Shown: one piece after another, positions 23,350-36,034 of the stretch
Numbering within the stretch: position 1 is the stretch's first letter
Layout: each line of letters opens with the position of its first letter
Source of the DNA: Lepidodermella squamata
Taxonomy: Eukaryota; Animalia; Gastrotricha
NCBI GenBank assembly: GCA_047495785.1
Contig: JBLDXI010000015.1
Coordinates: forward strand, 3,100,001 to 3,164,000
Direction: 5' to 3'
Length of the DNA stretch: 64,000 nt
Made by a program: the position numbers and the translations under genes
Notes under the pieces: model-generated
Seen by the model: only the letters and a program-made list of their open reading frames with translations
Told to the model about the DNA's origin: nothing
Database searches by the model: none

Positions 23350-26194
23350 CTAGGGACAAATGGCCCAATGAATTTCTTTGAACTCAACTGAATTCGCGTC
23401 ATCCAATAAGTTGAAGACAACAATGCGCAGCCAGCGCTCGTTTTTTCCAACAAGCTGAGCAGTGTTTTTCTCCGTGATTCCTTTTGGCTCAGTAACAAGG
23501 ATTATCGCTCTTTTCATACACCAATCATTCGCTTGCTGATCATCAATGCAAAGCGGCTTGATCAGCATTGTTTGGAAAATGCTCATCACAGGCGCAGTTA
23601 ATAAATCATCTGGGAGAACAATAAGGCAAGGAGTGACAACTCTGCAATACGTTTCCACCCGGTGAAGTTCTGGCGTAGAATCTTCCATTTCGACCATTTT
23701 CTTCGAAACCAAATAGCACCACTTTAGTGATATTTTAGAGGCTTGACAAATGGTTGGCAGCTTTTCCGATATTTGCTTACATTTATCGGTGTACCAATTG
23801 AGCTCCGCAATCTTCCATTTTACAGGAGGAGCTAAATCTCTGGGATATTCATGCCACAGTAAAGAGCCGAGCTCCCCTTTGTGGAGTGCGCGTGGCACGT
23901 TGAATGGTGCTTCAAGGTAAGGGTACAAGTCATCGAGTTGGAAACCATCATTTTGCTGCAATGCAAGTTTCAAGCCTGCGAGTATCGCCTGGTTATTACG
24001 CTTGTAGTTGTAACAAACGACCTTGGGGTGATGATGTAAATCCCTGCTCAAATCGTGGCGTTTGCATTTTCGCTCTTCAGCTGCTTTCAAAACATCGGCA
24101 ATAGCAGGGCTTGGCAAATTGGGGACATCGTTTTCAAGCTCGAAGCGCAACGTGTAAGGACGGAAATACTTATGAGCACCTGTAGCAAGATTCCGACTCG
24201 TTATTTCCAATACTTCTTGAAATTCATCGCACTGTATGACGTTCTCTCCGGCATAGCTCACGATCTCTCGAACTGCTTTCAAGGCCTCCGAATAGGGACG
24301 GTGAAGTTGCACTGAAAAGCTAGCATCTATTACTAAGTCGCCATCGAGCGGCCGGAATAAATGAATTGTTATCGAGGCATATCGAACACCAGGCTGGGTT
24401 ACACCTAGCAGGATCCCGTATTTCTCTTCAACATCCTCGGGTGGGAAAATTATTTGCTTCCCCTCGACTGAAGATATTTTCACAGAGTAGTCGAACCGCG
24501 GCGACGAAAACAGCGCTATATCGCACCAACCATGACTTGCCGTCTCATTCCCCACTTTTCTGAAAACAGAAACGTTTTCTCCCTTCCAAATTTCAACCTA
24601 TGCCAACATGAAAAGCTTTTGAGAAATCAAACATAATAAGAATGAGCTTGCCTTATTGGAGCTGTTTCTTAGTAAGGGCTTTGATTCAAGAACCAAATGA
24701 GATGGCGAATTATTTAGCCTTTGAAAACCTTTTATTACCACACCCCAACTGGCATAGATTGCCTTTCCATCGTGTAGTGAAATGCAGCGAACCCAGCAAT
24801 AACACTATGGGGATCCATTTTCCTTTATATGCTTCGGGGCAGCCGTAGTTCTGACAATAATCATTTCCTTTGGCTCATCGTATCGCAATTTCGTGCGATC
24901 AAGTAGAACTTGAGTTCGAATCGACCTTATTGTACCGCTTTGCTCTTCTAAGAAATTGAGCGGAAGATAGGCAACCGCCCAACTGAAATCAGTACTTTCT
25001 GTCGACCAAATCGCTATCCAGACTGGCTCAACGTCAACGTAAGTCTGTAATATTTCGTCATTTCGCCGCACTGCTAGCTGGTTTCGGCGGTATTTCATCA
25101 AATCGAATTTCTTCGAGGAGGCCCATCTTTGACGTTGCACCATTGTTTCTTCCAAACTAATGGCAACAGCTGCCATGTCATTCCAGCGCAGAGTGATTTC
25201 AGTATCATGGGGTTTATCAAACGGAGGCTCAAATAACACTGCCGAGCCGTGGATCCTCATTTCTTCCATACCTAGATGTCCCTCGTCCGCTGCTTCCCTA
25301 ATATCGCGAGCGTTCGCTCTACTCTTAATTTGATAATACCACATGTTGACATGCAGATTGTCTGGCAGATCATGATTGTGGCATCTTTTCCCAGGAAAAT
25401 CTGATCTTGGCCTCGCTAAACTGTGGCTTGCGAAAAGAACCCGAGCATATCTCACAGGATCGATAACAGGAAAGCGAACCGGATCGTTTACTTCTGTGAG
25501 ACCATGAGATGTTAATTCGTCTGGGCTGCTGTACCAGGTTGTTCGCTGATAGTATTTTACTTTCTTGTCGAATTTGCGAGGTATTTCAGCGGTGCCGAGC
25601 CACGTGCCGCTATTGCAATCTATCCATCCACCAATGAAAAGCTTTAATTTCCTTAAATTCCAACGCTTGGATGTTTGATTTGAATTCCAATCCAACAACG
25701 CCCTTTTCGTCGGATTGGGTTTCGGAAACTCCTCGAGAAGCCTTGAAATAAACTACCGCGCCGGATAATCGCATGATATCGGAATTGGGTTGGTATGAAT
25801 GGCGAAGTATTTGTGCGTTAGATATAACTTGGATTTCCATCGCAGCTACTGTACCCTTACTAGCAACCACTCTCAAAGCACCATCGATGACATCTGCGGC
25901 GTATTCGTTAGTAAACCTGTAGCTGTGGAGAAAGCCGGAGGCAATTTTCTATGATATTAGGGAGTTGCAAATCAAGTGTAATAAAACAAAACGAGGGTTC
26001 CTGCAAACCTGTTCGAATGAAACATTTTCGAAATTCCTAGATAAGGAGTCGGAGGCCAATATCAACTTACTAGCGAGTTCCGGCATGTACCTTCGCTCCG
26101 CAGGTGAGACCAGTTCCGTGAGCTTATTTAAAGCCATTTCAGTTTTTTCCAGATGAATCCGCAATTTTAAAAGTAAAGAGGCTTTAAGGGACAT
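23350..26194 (-). CDS. Large orphan protein (~850-900 aa); intact status uncertain
   Basis: Exon 26194-26009, intron 25949-26008, probable GC-AG intron 24598-24651. The frame break near 25610-25700 and the in-frame TAG at 24805-24807 need either weak introns or are lesions. No recognised domain. Confidence 0.55.
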
Positions 26195-26330
26195 TAAGAT
26201 GGATTTTTTTAAATCATGAGTTGATTCGTGCTGGGCGTGATTGTTCCATTCATCGCATTCTTTATTACTTCTCTACATCACTGTCTACAGAAAGCAAACA
26301 CAGCGTAGGTATGTGCCTTTTCGTTCGCGT

Positions 26331-28715
26331 TTAACGATGCTTCTTCTTTACGACGGAGTAGAAAAAAATACCAAAATTTGTCGATGAAAATAGGAGCAAC
26401 CCAATCGAAACGATGCCTGATTGCAGCACAAAGTTCGAAGATGGAACAACAAAAACAGCAAGCAAAGCTCCCGCGTAGATAGTAACGCTATTAACTGCCG
26501 ATAGCTTACTCATGAGCGCTTCGACTTTGTATCTCGCTGGCAGCATTTTTAGCTGTTTCCCACCTGCGTATGCCAGAAACGCAGCAGCAATCAATAGAGC
26601 TGCATTTACAGCCAGGAAACCACCTATCCAACTCATCTCATACGGAGAGTAGCAGTAATAGTACGTGAACCGATAATAGAAATCGCTAACGCTGTCGTAA
26701 TTAACATCTGATTCAGAGATCTTGACCTGATATTGCATTGATTCGAGCCCAAGCCATACAGCAAGAATTGCGGACGTAATTAGGGTGACAATCATTACGC
26801 ACCAGGTAATGATCACAGGATTGCGGTCTGCTTGCGCCAATTCGCTCTTGAAATATCTCCGACCTAATTTAACGAATGGCGTGATGATTGAAGCCTTGGT
26901 GAGCCTAATCAACAGTGTTATCTTGAGGAAGATTACTAAGCTCATTAGGGTGATGCTTAAAATTGCGGTAGACGTCCGAACTACACAAATCGATGCATCC
27001 ACGGGTTCTAATATAACTATCAGTGACCCAACCTGAGCGATAAGACATCCGATAGCGATGAAAATCTTGCTAGGAGAGTCGTGGTGGACTTCGACATGAA
27101 ATTGCCGCCTAGCAAAAATTATGGCAAACAGGACGCACTCGACGATAATAGCAGATGATGTCGACATAATGACAAACCAAAACAAAGCTTCAGGAATTTC
27201 GAGCTTGATGTTGAGAATATTCGATAAATCTCTAGTTGGTTGGCCAGTTCGAGTCATCCAAATAGGATCTTGTCTTTTGATCATTATGTAGTTTGTGACG
27301 TTTAAGTAATCCGTTGAGTTCAGCATTTGGGGCTGAAAGACAATTTTGAATACAACTCTTGGGGTCCGATTTCGACCGACCAGTTGAACGACCCACATGT
27401 CCTCATAGTCGAATTCTCGACGACTTGAATACTTGATTCCACCGTTTCGAAGGCCGTTCACTTCTAGTCTGGAACTTGCATCCATGACACTTTTGAAGAC
27501 ATCCTCTCGAACTTCACCATAATTCGCCAGAGACTTGTTAAATCGAGCCAATAAAAGTCGTTCGGCGTTATGAAGTGACAGAAATGCAGATAGAGCTGTG
27601 TCATGGTAGAGAAGCCTTTGGTCGTAATCAGCGAAACTGTTATTACCGATGTCATCTCGCAATGCTTTCTCGAAAAAAGCTAAATTATAGCCGAGAGATG
27701 TCATTCCAACTTCCTCCATGTTACTTTGGAATGATCCGGCGAAAAATGTTATCTTCAGGGTCTCTAGTAACATGTCAAAAGTGCATCCAGGTACTAAAGG
27801 AAACTGAGAATTTAGCGGTGAAACGTAGCCGTAAAATGTACTCAGGATAACGTAATTCGGAGCTCGAATGCCAGCTCTGTAAGCGTTACAGAGAAATTGA
27901 ATGCAAAGGGAATAAACCACGTTAGTGAAAACTATAACTCGAGCTGTACTGTTTCTCAAAGCCAGCAAGGCATCCACGGTGAAATCATACTCTCTTGAGA
28001 AATATACGACCTCGAGACCTGATTTGACAATTTCTCTATGCATCGATTGCGCTAAAAGCACGTCATTGGGTGTTCCAGCGAACCCGAGGATTCCAACCTT
28101 TATAACAATAGAAAGATTTAGTTAGCTACTTCTGATATTTAATCAATGAATTTCAACCTGTTTCCACCCGATCGTTTCGTGGGTAATAAATAGAAGGAAA
28201 GCGACAATCTGGGTTGACAAAGGATTCCGAATTCGGAACACATTCCCATATAGATTCTTGTTTAAAATAAACAAATCTCCATGACAGTTTGGCGAGAAAG
28301 TTACCATGTAGTATTGGCGCAGGATAGGAGCTGCAAAATTGCACGACTGCGCCGGTCCAATAGCAATCGGAGACATAATGGTTCGCGAGTCATTCGCAAG
28401 TCTCATGCTTATTGGATTGAAACGGTCGTAGAACTGAACGGCACCCCGCGGGGAAGCACCCGCTAATCTCGATTCATCGACAACAGCTATTTCCAGCTGG
28501 TGGTCAGGCAAAATGTCTCGTCTTGCGTTCACTATCTTGGCAACAAGACGAATTGAAGCCTCAGTAACTCTTCCATCTGATGGTTCACTACCAGTTTTTG
28601 CCATAAAGGACAATACTAACAGTTTATTTGGTTTTGAAACAGGCTCCAAAGATATGGTTTCACACAACACGAGGAGAAAGCCCTGAAGAAATAGTTTGCC
28701 CAGCATGCTTAACAT
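26331..28715 (-). CDS. GABA-B-like class C GPCR, subfamily B copy 2 (2 exons)
   Basis: ORFs 28143-28715 and 26331-28061 are joined by intron 28098-28157; EPVSKPNKLLVL..KTGSEPSDG N-terminus. Confidence 0.88.
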
Positions 28716-28891
28716 AGGTATGTTAAATGAAAGGCGCTCATCTTTTGGAACCTCAAAACACGCAACTCGAATTAATTAGCCATATTGAAATTTTATGGAT
28801 AGAAGTTATGTACATCATTAATTATTAACGAATAATCTAGGATCTAGACTTTTCACCAGATCAAAAATCAGCGACAATACTTATGCGAACA

Positions 28892-31261
28892 CTAGCGTTT
28901 GGAAATTCTGCTTCTCCTTACATCCGGCTGTGAATCTGTGTGAACTCGGCGTGTTGGCCATCGATTAGTCCATAGGGGGAAGAATATTATCATGCTCGTA
29001 GAAACGGAGTAAAGTACAGAGCCGATTGCAGCTGTTAAGATTTGACTTCGCTCATTTCCTCCGAACATATAAGTAATGAAGAGAACAAGAAAATAAAGAG
29101 TCGCGGAGTTGATTGTCGCAAGCCTAATTAGTTTGGATTCGTAATTGAAGAAATAGGGTATGTTTAGCTCTCTGCGAATAACGAAGGCGTAGAAGCAAGC
29201 AAGTAGCAGAAGTATTGTGTTAGCAACGATGAACGCTGCAAGCCAGTAGTTCCAATTTTGAGATATGCATGCTGAAGTCAGAGTGTCAAAGTACGATCCA
29301 GATACTTCATCGAAAACTGGCTGTGATACATGCCGAGTTACCATGAAAGGATCAGTAAATATCCACGCAAAGGAAGCCAAAAAAGAAATTACGCTTATCG
29401 ACGCTGCTACGATTGTTTGCCGCCTTGAAAGGCCAGACAGAGCTTTCGAAAACTCTGCATCGTTAAACTTTTTATTTTTTGAATTGGCTGAGCTGATTGT
29501 GTTCTCCTTACTTCTTTTGGCTTTCCGACTCAATTCCGCTTCTTTGACCCAGTTCCATAGGCCATAGAGGGAGTTCAAGCGAGAAGAGAAGAATGCCGAG
29601 GAAAAGGTGAAACCAATTGAAATGAGCAGGGGGCGAATAACGCATAGAGCATCTTCGAAATAAGTCTTCTCTAATGCGATAATGATTACACCAACATTCA
29701 GGAAAATGCAGCTTAAAATGATTAAACAATTCGTAGGCAAATGATCGAAGAAGACGGAGTCTTGCTTGCGGCGAAATCGTAATAGAAATGTGGAAATTTG
29801 GGCTGCTGTAACTGCTGATGAAATAGTAATTATGGCAATGGCTGCTCCTTGCGGGAACATGTCGATGTCATGGCGTATGGCTGATAGGTCGCGTGGAGGC
29901 GCTCCATTACTCATTGCCCAGACTATATCATTAACCTTGATAATTTGATATGTACTAATGTTCATAGCTGTCTTGAAATCGCGGCTATTACGCGTTATTT
30001 GAAACACGAACCGATTTACACCCTTCAGTGTTTGCATTATCCAAAAGTCTTCGTCATCAATTTCCAGCCGTTCCGAGTACTTCAGTCTTCCTATCCGCAC
30101 GCCAATAAAATCCAAAGCTGAAGCGGATTTATTTACCATATCTGCTACAAAGGCAGGATTATTCGAGAAGTTGCGAAGTGTCATGTTGTACTGTTTCCTG
30201 AGCACGTCTTCCGTTTTATTTAGAGTCAAAATAGCAGCCAGGGTTGCGTCGTGGCACAAATGGCGCTGGGGATAGTCGGGGACAATTTGATTCCCCAATG
30301 ATTCACTGACTTGACTCTCAAACCGCTCCAAGTCATAGCCAAGCGGGGTTGGCCCGTGGTTTTTCATAGCTCCAACCCAGCTTCCCATGAAAATAGTTAT
30401 TTTTAACTGAGCTTTCAGAATCTCACGCGTGCAGCCCGGTGGAGGGATCAGGGCAGGACTGTCAGCAATGAAGTAGAGGAAATAATTTGACAGAAAAGCG
30501 TATCTCGGCGCTCGCATTCCCAACAAATATGAAAAGCAAAGAAATTTGTGCATCAGACCCATTTGGCTGTGGGTGAAAACAAAGAACCTAGCCCCACTTT
30601 GCTTCGCTGCAGCTACAACTTCCAATGTAACATCTGGCTCACTGCCGTAGTACAGAACCGACATGCCATTATCGATCAAGACCTTTTGAACTGACTGACC
30701 GAGGGAATAATCACCTGCGTTGATCGAGTAGGTGAATACTCCTATCTGACTCCAGCCAGCGATTTGCTTGGCAAACAGAACGACCGGGATGGCTAACTTC
30801 TCGGAAGGCATCTGTACTCGATACAGGCTTGAAAAAAGATGGCGGTTTTGAAGAAGATGCGGACCGGTGCAGCCCTCTGAGAATTCGGTGAAGTGAAGCT
30901 TGCGCAGAACAAAGGCAACTTTTTGACACGCAATCGATGGCCCGACTACGACGGGAGAAACAAAGGACTTGTCATTGGTAAGTCGCTGATCTTCGAACTC
31001 ACGAAGGAAGTTGATGAAGCTAAGCGGGGCTGTCAAAGCGCTGCGACCTTCGTCCCTTACGGCTAACGTTAGGCGATAGTCAGGCAGAGTGTCGTTTCTC
31101 GCATTCACTGCGTCAACGACGACTTTGGAGGCAGCAATGCATGCTCGCCCATCCGCCGGTTCTTGACCAGTCAGCGGCATCATGCTTAACAGGGACAATT
31201 CGTACTGCTTCTGCGCAACCGTTAGCGCTAGAATGGCAGAAAAAATCGTTAGAAAATGCAT
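28892..31261 (-). CDS. GABA-B-like class C GPCR, subfamily A copy 3 (intronless)
   Basis: Paralog of A1/A2; signal peptide, VFT, 7TM; 789 aa. Confidence 0.88.
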   Translation of the reverse strand: MHFLTIFSAILALTVAQKQYELSLLSMMPLTGQEPADGRACIAASKVVVDAVNARNDTLPDYRLTLAVRDEGRSALTAPLSFINFLREFEDQRLTNDKSFVSPVVVGPSIACQKVAFVLRKLHFTEFSEGCTGPHLLQNRHLFSSLYRVQMPSEKLAIPVVLFAKQIAGWSQIGVFTYSINAGDYSLGQSVQKVLIDNGMSVLYYGSEPDVTLEVVAAAKQSGARFFVFTHSQMGLMHKFLCFSYLLGMRAPRYAFLSNYFLYFIADSPALIPPPGCTREILKAQLKITIFMGSWVGAMKNHGPTPLGYDLERFESQVSESLGNQIVPDYPQRHLCHDATLAAILTLNKTEDVLRKQYNMTLRNFSNNPAFVADMVNKSASALDFIGVRIGRLKYSERLEIDDEDFWIMQTLKGVNRFVFQITRNSRDFKTAMNISTYQIIKVNDIVWAMSNGAPPRDLSAIRHDIDMFPQGAAIAIITISSAVTAAQISTFLLRFRRKQDSVFFDHLPTNCLIILSCIFLNVGVIIIALEKTYFEDALCVIRPLLISIGFTFSSAFFSSRLNSLYGLWNWVKEAELSRKAKRSKENTISSANSKNKKFNDAEFSKALSGLSRRQTIVAASISVISFLASFAWIFTDPFMVTRHVSQPVFDEVSGSYFDTLTSACISQNWNYWLAAFIVANTILLLLACFYAFVIRRELNIPYFFNYESKLIRLATINSATLYFLVLFITYMFGGNERSQILTAAIGSVLYSVSTSMIIFFPLWTNRWPTRRVHTDSQPDVRRSRISKR

Positions 31262-32704
31262 TTCTGAGGGAAGCTGATTTCGATTGTCTATAATGGCTTT
31301 AAGAAAGGTAATTACTAGCTTGAATTAGATTAGTGTCACTTTAAACCTAAACTTCACATCCGCCGTTCAGTAGACGAAGTCACAAGCTTCGTCAAAGTGC
31401 TCTCGATTATTGCGACAGAAACAAATAGGATATCCTGCCACTTAGGTCATATTTTACGTCTGTCCCGAACAAAAATCTCGAATAGCATTGACAAGGCATG
31501 GAAAATTTTGAACCTAGTTACGCCACTGGTGTCACGCCACGAATTGTTATTTCTGTCTGGCGCGTGCCAGCAATAGCTGCGCCAGAAACCTGATGTAATT
31601 CTGCCTACAAAAATGCCTATCTGAACACATTTAGATCATCTTCCGCTTCGGAGATCAAAAGTAGTTAGCCTTAGTCTTTAAATAAAAAGCCTTAGTTTCG
31701 TACCGTCGAACGTGTTGTTACTAAAACTTCACTTAACATCAAGCAAGTCGGGTAGTCGGTCATGATCACGAGAACCCGTCACTGTTACAATTACGTTAAA
31801 CAAAAGGAATGAAAATTACCTAATAGTGGAACGTTATGCCGCGTCTCTAGCGGTATCCAGTTGCAGTTTGATAGTAAGCAGGTATCCATTTTCGATGCCG
31901 GCAAGAGGCTTTTCCGGCTGGCCTTGAACCGCTTGCTAAAACTAAAGAGCGAAATGCCTTGAAAAACTTAAATCCAATTTTACAGTTGTTATAGCTTAAG
32001 CGCAGCAAATGGTTGTTTACTGCTAGTCACCGTGCTCGCGTAAAGGAAATTCACTTTGCTAATTTGTGCAAAATAGGTGCGGTATTCGCAAGTTCCGACT
32101 GTACTGCCTTGCTCATGCATACTTTTCAGGATCTAGGCTCTCGGAATTAGGCAAGCAGGAGGTACTCTTTACTCTTGCAGGTATCGTTAGTTCCGCCTCA
32201 ACACTCAACAAGCTTTGTGTAGAAATCGCCTTTTTGCTTGTCCTTTGAAGTTAATAAAATGCCATCCCTATGAATTTTCATGTTGACCATTCGGAGAAAT
32301 CTGCGCCAAGGGATCCGAACTTCTCTGAGAATAAGAGTTCTCTTCTACAAAATCAAGTTTAGTCAGTCCCGAATTTCCGAATAATCAATTTTTTGCAACA
32401 CATGGGGTACACGGTAAGAAAGCGTTTGAATTTGTGTCTGCGATCCTTGGAATTCAGACACACGACGTAATTTCGGGAAATAAATTAAACAAAGATAAGG
32501 TATGAATCGTGAATACCTCATAAATCTTCGCTTTGCTGCTGGAGGCCGAGTCCGAAGCGTGCGCGTTCGCGTCCGGGCATTATTTTTGATAAGATAATCT
32601 ATTTTTCGAACTGAAGATGATGATAAGAAAAAGTCGAAGTTTATGGAAAACAAACGTAAAACTACCATAATAAAAATCAATTCTGTTTTAGCGTTTAGTA
32701 TCGT

Positions 32705-35063
32705 TTAACGCTGTTTCTTTTTTGCGACAGAGTAGAAAAAAATACCAAAATTTGTCGATGAAAATAGGAGCAACCCAATCGCGACTGTACCTGATTGCAT
32801 CACGAAGTTTGAAGACGGAACGACAACAACTGCAAGCAAAACTCCGGCGTAAATCGTAACGCTATTAGCCCCCGATAGTCTACTCATTAGCGCCTCGACT
32901 CTGTATCTCGCTGGAAGCATTCTCAGCTGTTTCCCACCTCCATATGCCAGAAACGCAGCAGCAATCAATAGAGCTGCATTTACAGCCAGGAAACCACCTA
33001 TCCAACTCATCTCATACGGAGAGTAGCAGTAGCAGTACGTGAACCGATAATAGAAATCGCTGACGCTGTCGTAATTAACATCTGATTCAGATATTTTGAC
33101 CTGATATTGCATTGATTTGAGCCCAAACCAAGCAGTTAGAAGCGCAGATATGATCAGCATGACTACCATTACGCACATGGTAATGATGAAAGAACTGCGG
33201 TCTTGTCGCGCCAATGATCTTGTGAAATATCTTCGGCCTAACTTTACGAATGACTTGGCGACTGAAGATTTTGCGAGCCTAGTTAACAGAATCATCTTTA
33301 GGAAGACTACCAAACTTAGCATCGTGATACTGAATACTGCACTAAATGTTTTGGCTGTGCAAATCCATGCATCTATTGGCTCCAAAATAGCTAACAGTGA
33401 CCCAGCCTGAGCGACAAGACATCCAACAGCGAATAAAATATTGCTGGCGTAGTCGAATCCAGACTGCAGTTTATGCTTAGCCAATAATATCACCACAACT
33501 GCACACTCAAAGATGATAACAACAGATGTAGATATAATAACGAACCATAACAAATCTTCAGGAATTTTCAGCTTCATTTCGAAGATGCTTGACAAATCCC
33601 TTGTCGGTTGGCCACTTCGAGTCATCCAAATGGGTTCTTGTCTTTCTAGTACTATGTAGTTCGTGGTGTTCAAAAAATCTGTTGAGTCCAGATTATGAGG
33701 CTGGAATACGATTTTGAATATCACTCTTGGAGTTTGATATCGACCGATCAGTTGAACGACCCACATGTCCTCGTAATCAACTTCTCGACGACTTGAATAA
33801 ACGATTCTACCGTTTCGAAGGCCATTCACGTCAAGCTTCGAACTCACTTCCATGACACTTTTGAAGACATCGTCGCGTAATTCCCCGAAATTTGTCAGAG
33901 ACTTGTTGAATCTGGTCCATAGAAGTCGTTCGGCGTTATGAAGTGACAGGAATGCAGCTAGAGCCGCATCATGAAAGAGAAGCCTTTGTTGGTAATCGGC
34001 GACATCTCCGTCACCGAGCTCTTCTCGCAGCGCTTCCTCGAAAAAAGTTGAATCGTAGCCGAGAGATGTCATTCCTACCTCCTCCATTCGACTTTGAGAT
34101 GATCCAACGAGAAATGTTATCTTCAGCATCTCTAATACCATATCAAAGGTACATCCAGGTGTCAATGGGAACTGAGAATTCGAAGGCGAGACGTAGCAGA
34201 AAAAGGTAGTAAGAATGACATAGTTTGGCGCTCGAATACCAGCTCTGTAAGCATTGCAGAAGAAATGAATGCAGAGCAAATAAACTGAGTTAGTGAAAAC
34301 TATAACTCGAGCAGTACTGTTTTTCAAAGATAGCATGGCATCCATATTAAATTCGTACTCCCATGAGAAATAGACGACCTCGACACCAGATTTCACGATT
34401 TCTCTGTGCATGGCTTGAGCGAGCAAAACGTCATTTGGAGCCCCAGCGAATCCGAGAATTCCAACCTGAAGACGAAGTTAATATTTTAGTTTAATATATT
34501 GCTAAAATGCTCACCTGTTTCCATTTGATGGTTTCATGATTAATAAGCAGAACAAATGCCGCGACTTGATTTGACACTGGATTGCGGATTCGGAACACGT
34601 TACCATAAAGCTTCTTATTGAAAACAAGCAAATCCCCCTGACAATTCGCTGAGAAAGTTGCCATGTAGTATTGCCTCATAATAGGAGCCGGAAAATTGCA
34701 AGACTGCATTGGTCCTATTGCAATCGGGGACATGATGGTTCGAGAGTCATTCAGGAGCGTCAGGTTCATCGGGTTGAAACGGTCGTAGAAACGAACGGCT
34801 CCTCGCGGTGAAGCAACGCCCAGTCTTGATTCATCAACGATAGCAATTTCAAGTTGATGATCAGGCAGTATGTCTCGCCTTGTGTTCACTATTTTGGCTA
34901 CAAGACGGACTGAAGTCTCTGCAACTCTTCCATCAGAAGGTTCACTTCCAGTTTTAGATATAAAACACAATACTAACAGTTTGTTGGGTTTTGAAACAGG
35001 CTCCAGGGATTTTGATACGCACCAAGCGAAGAGAACAAATTGAAGAAAAATGCTGACGATCAT
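32705..35063 (-). CDS. GABA-B-like class C GPCR, subfamily B copy 3 (2 exons)
   Basis: Intron 34466-34514; closest to B2. Confidence 0.88.
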
Positions 35064-36034
35064 TTTTTATTTTTAAAATGAAGTGTTAAATTTCCGCACA
35101 AAAATGACCAAACGGCTTAAGTAGCTATATTCAATCTCTCTGGATAGAAATTTCTTGCCATAGTAATTACAAGGCTCTCTATGTTTATGGGCTAAAAGAT
35201 CACTCTTTCTCTTATGATCGCAATTTTTATGCTCTTATTTGCATATCAAATAATATACCTTACAACACTTTTATTCCTGTTAAGTTCAACATTATTTCGT
35301 ACTTCCTCTTTCACATTTAGTGTACATTTATTTGTCTCCAGATGAAAACCCAGTTTGGATACGCGGTCAAAGAGTTATGGGGGTTCGTTTCTTTGCGAAT
35401 ACCTTTGACGAAGGCAAGCATCAGGGCTATTTAATTAGCGTTGATGAGCCTTGCATTCACTCCAGGGGGAATCGCCTTCACGTGCTCGATTCCGTACGTC
35501 AATCCGGCGGACATTGACGTCAATAGAACATAATATATACCATATCATATATGAGCTGATCAGGTTACACCTAGGTATCAAGTTTGAAGTATTGGCGTTG
35601 TAAGCACCTAACATAAGTGTGTGTTTGAGCCCTTCACCCTTATGTTTCCGATCTTATTACACTATAACATAACATAAGAGTAATAGCTAACTGTGGACTT
35701 TGACACGAAACAAACTGAACTATACCTCTATAATCCAATGGAGCTTTCACATTCAAATACCTGCACAAAATTATAAAGGCAAATATATTAAGCAACAAAG
35801 TTTGACGCTGATGATCAAACTAGAAAACCACTTGTCTCAACTTCGGAATATGTAAATGTTGATATATATGTCAATGTCGAGGTATCGGTTTCCCGTTTCC
35901 CGTTTTAAATACAGTTCTGTATTGCTCAGGAAAAGCAGTTAGAATAATGAACTCGGATGCGGAATAAATTAAATACATCGTAAACCATGAATTCAACTCG
36001 GTCTCAGATGGTAATCTAACGTTTATAATTGAAA

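Noticed and set aside
24805-24807. Alternative genetic code (TAG reassigned)
   Set aside because: TAG terminates other genes normally (e.g. 1129, 23350, 28892, 38874).
31300-32700. Possible transposon or gene in the A3-B3 spacer (ORFs 32066-32248, 32363-32680)
   Set aside because: No TIR/TSD or protein motif that I could support.
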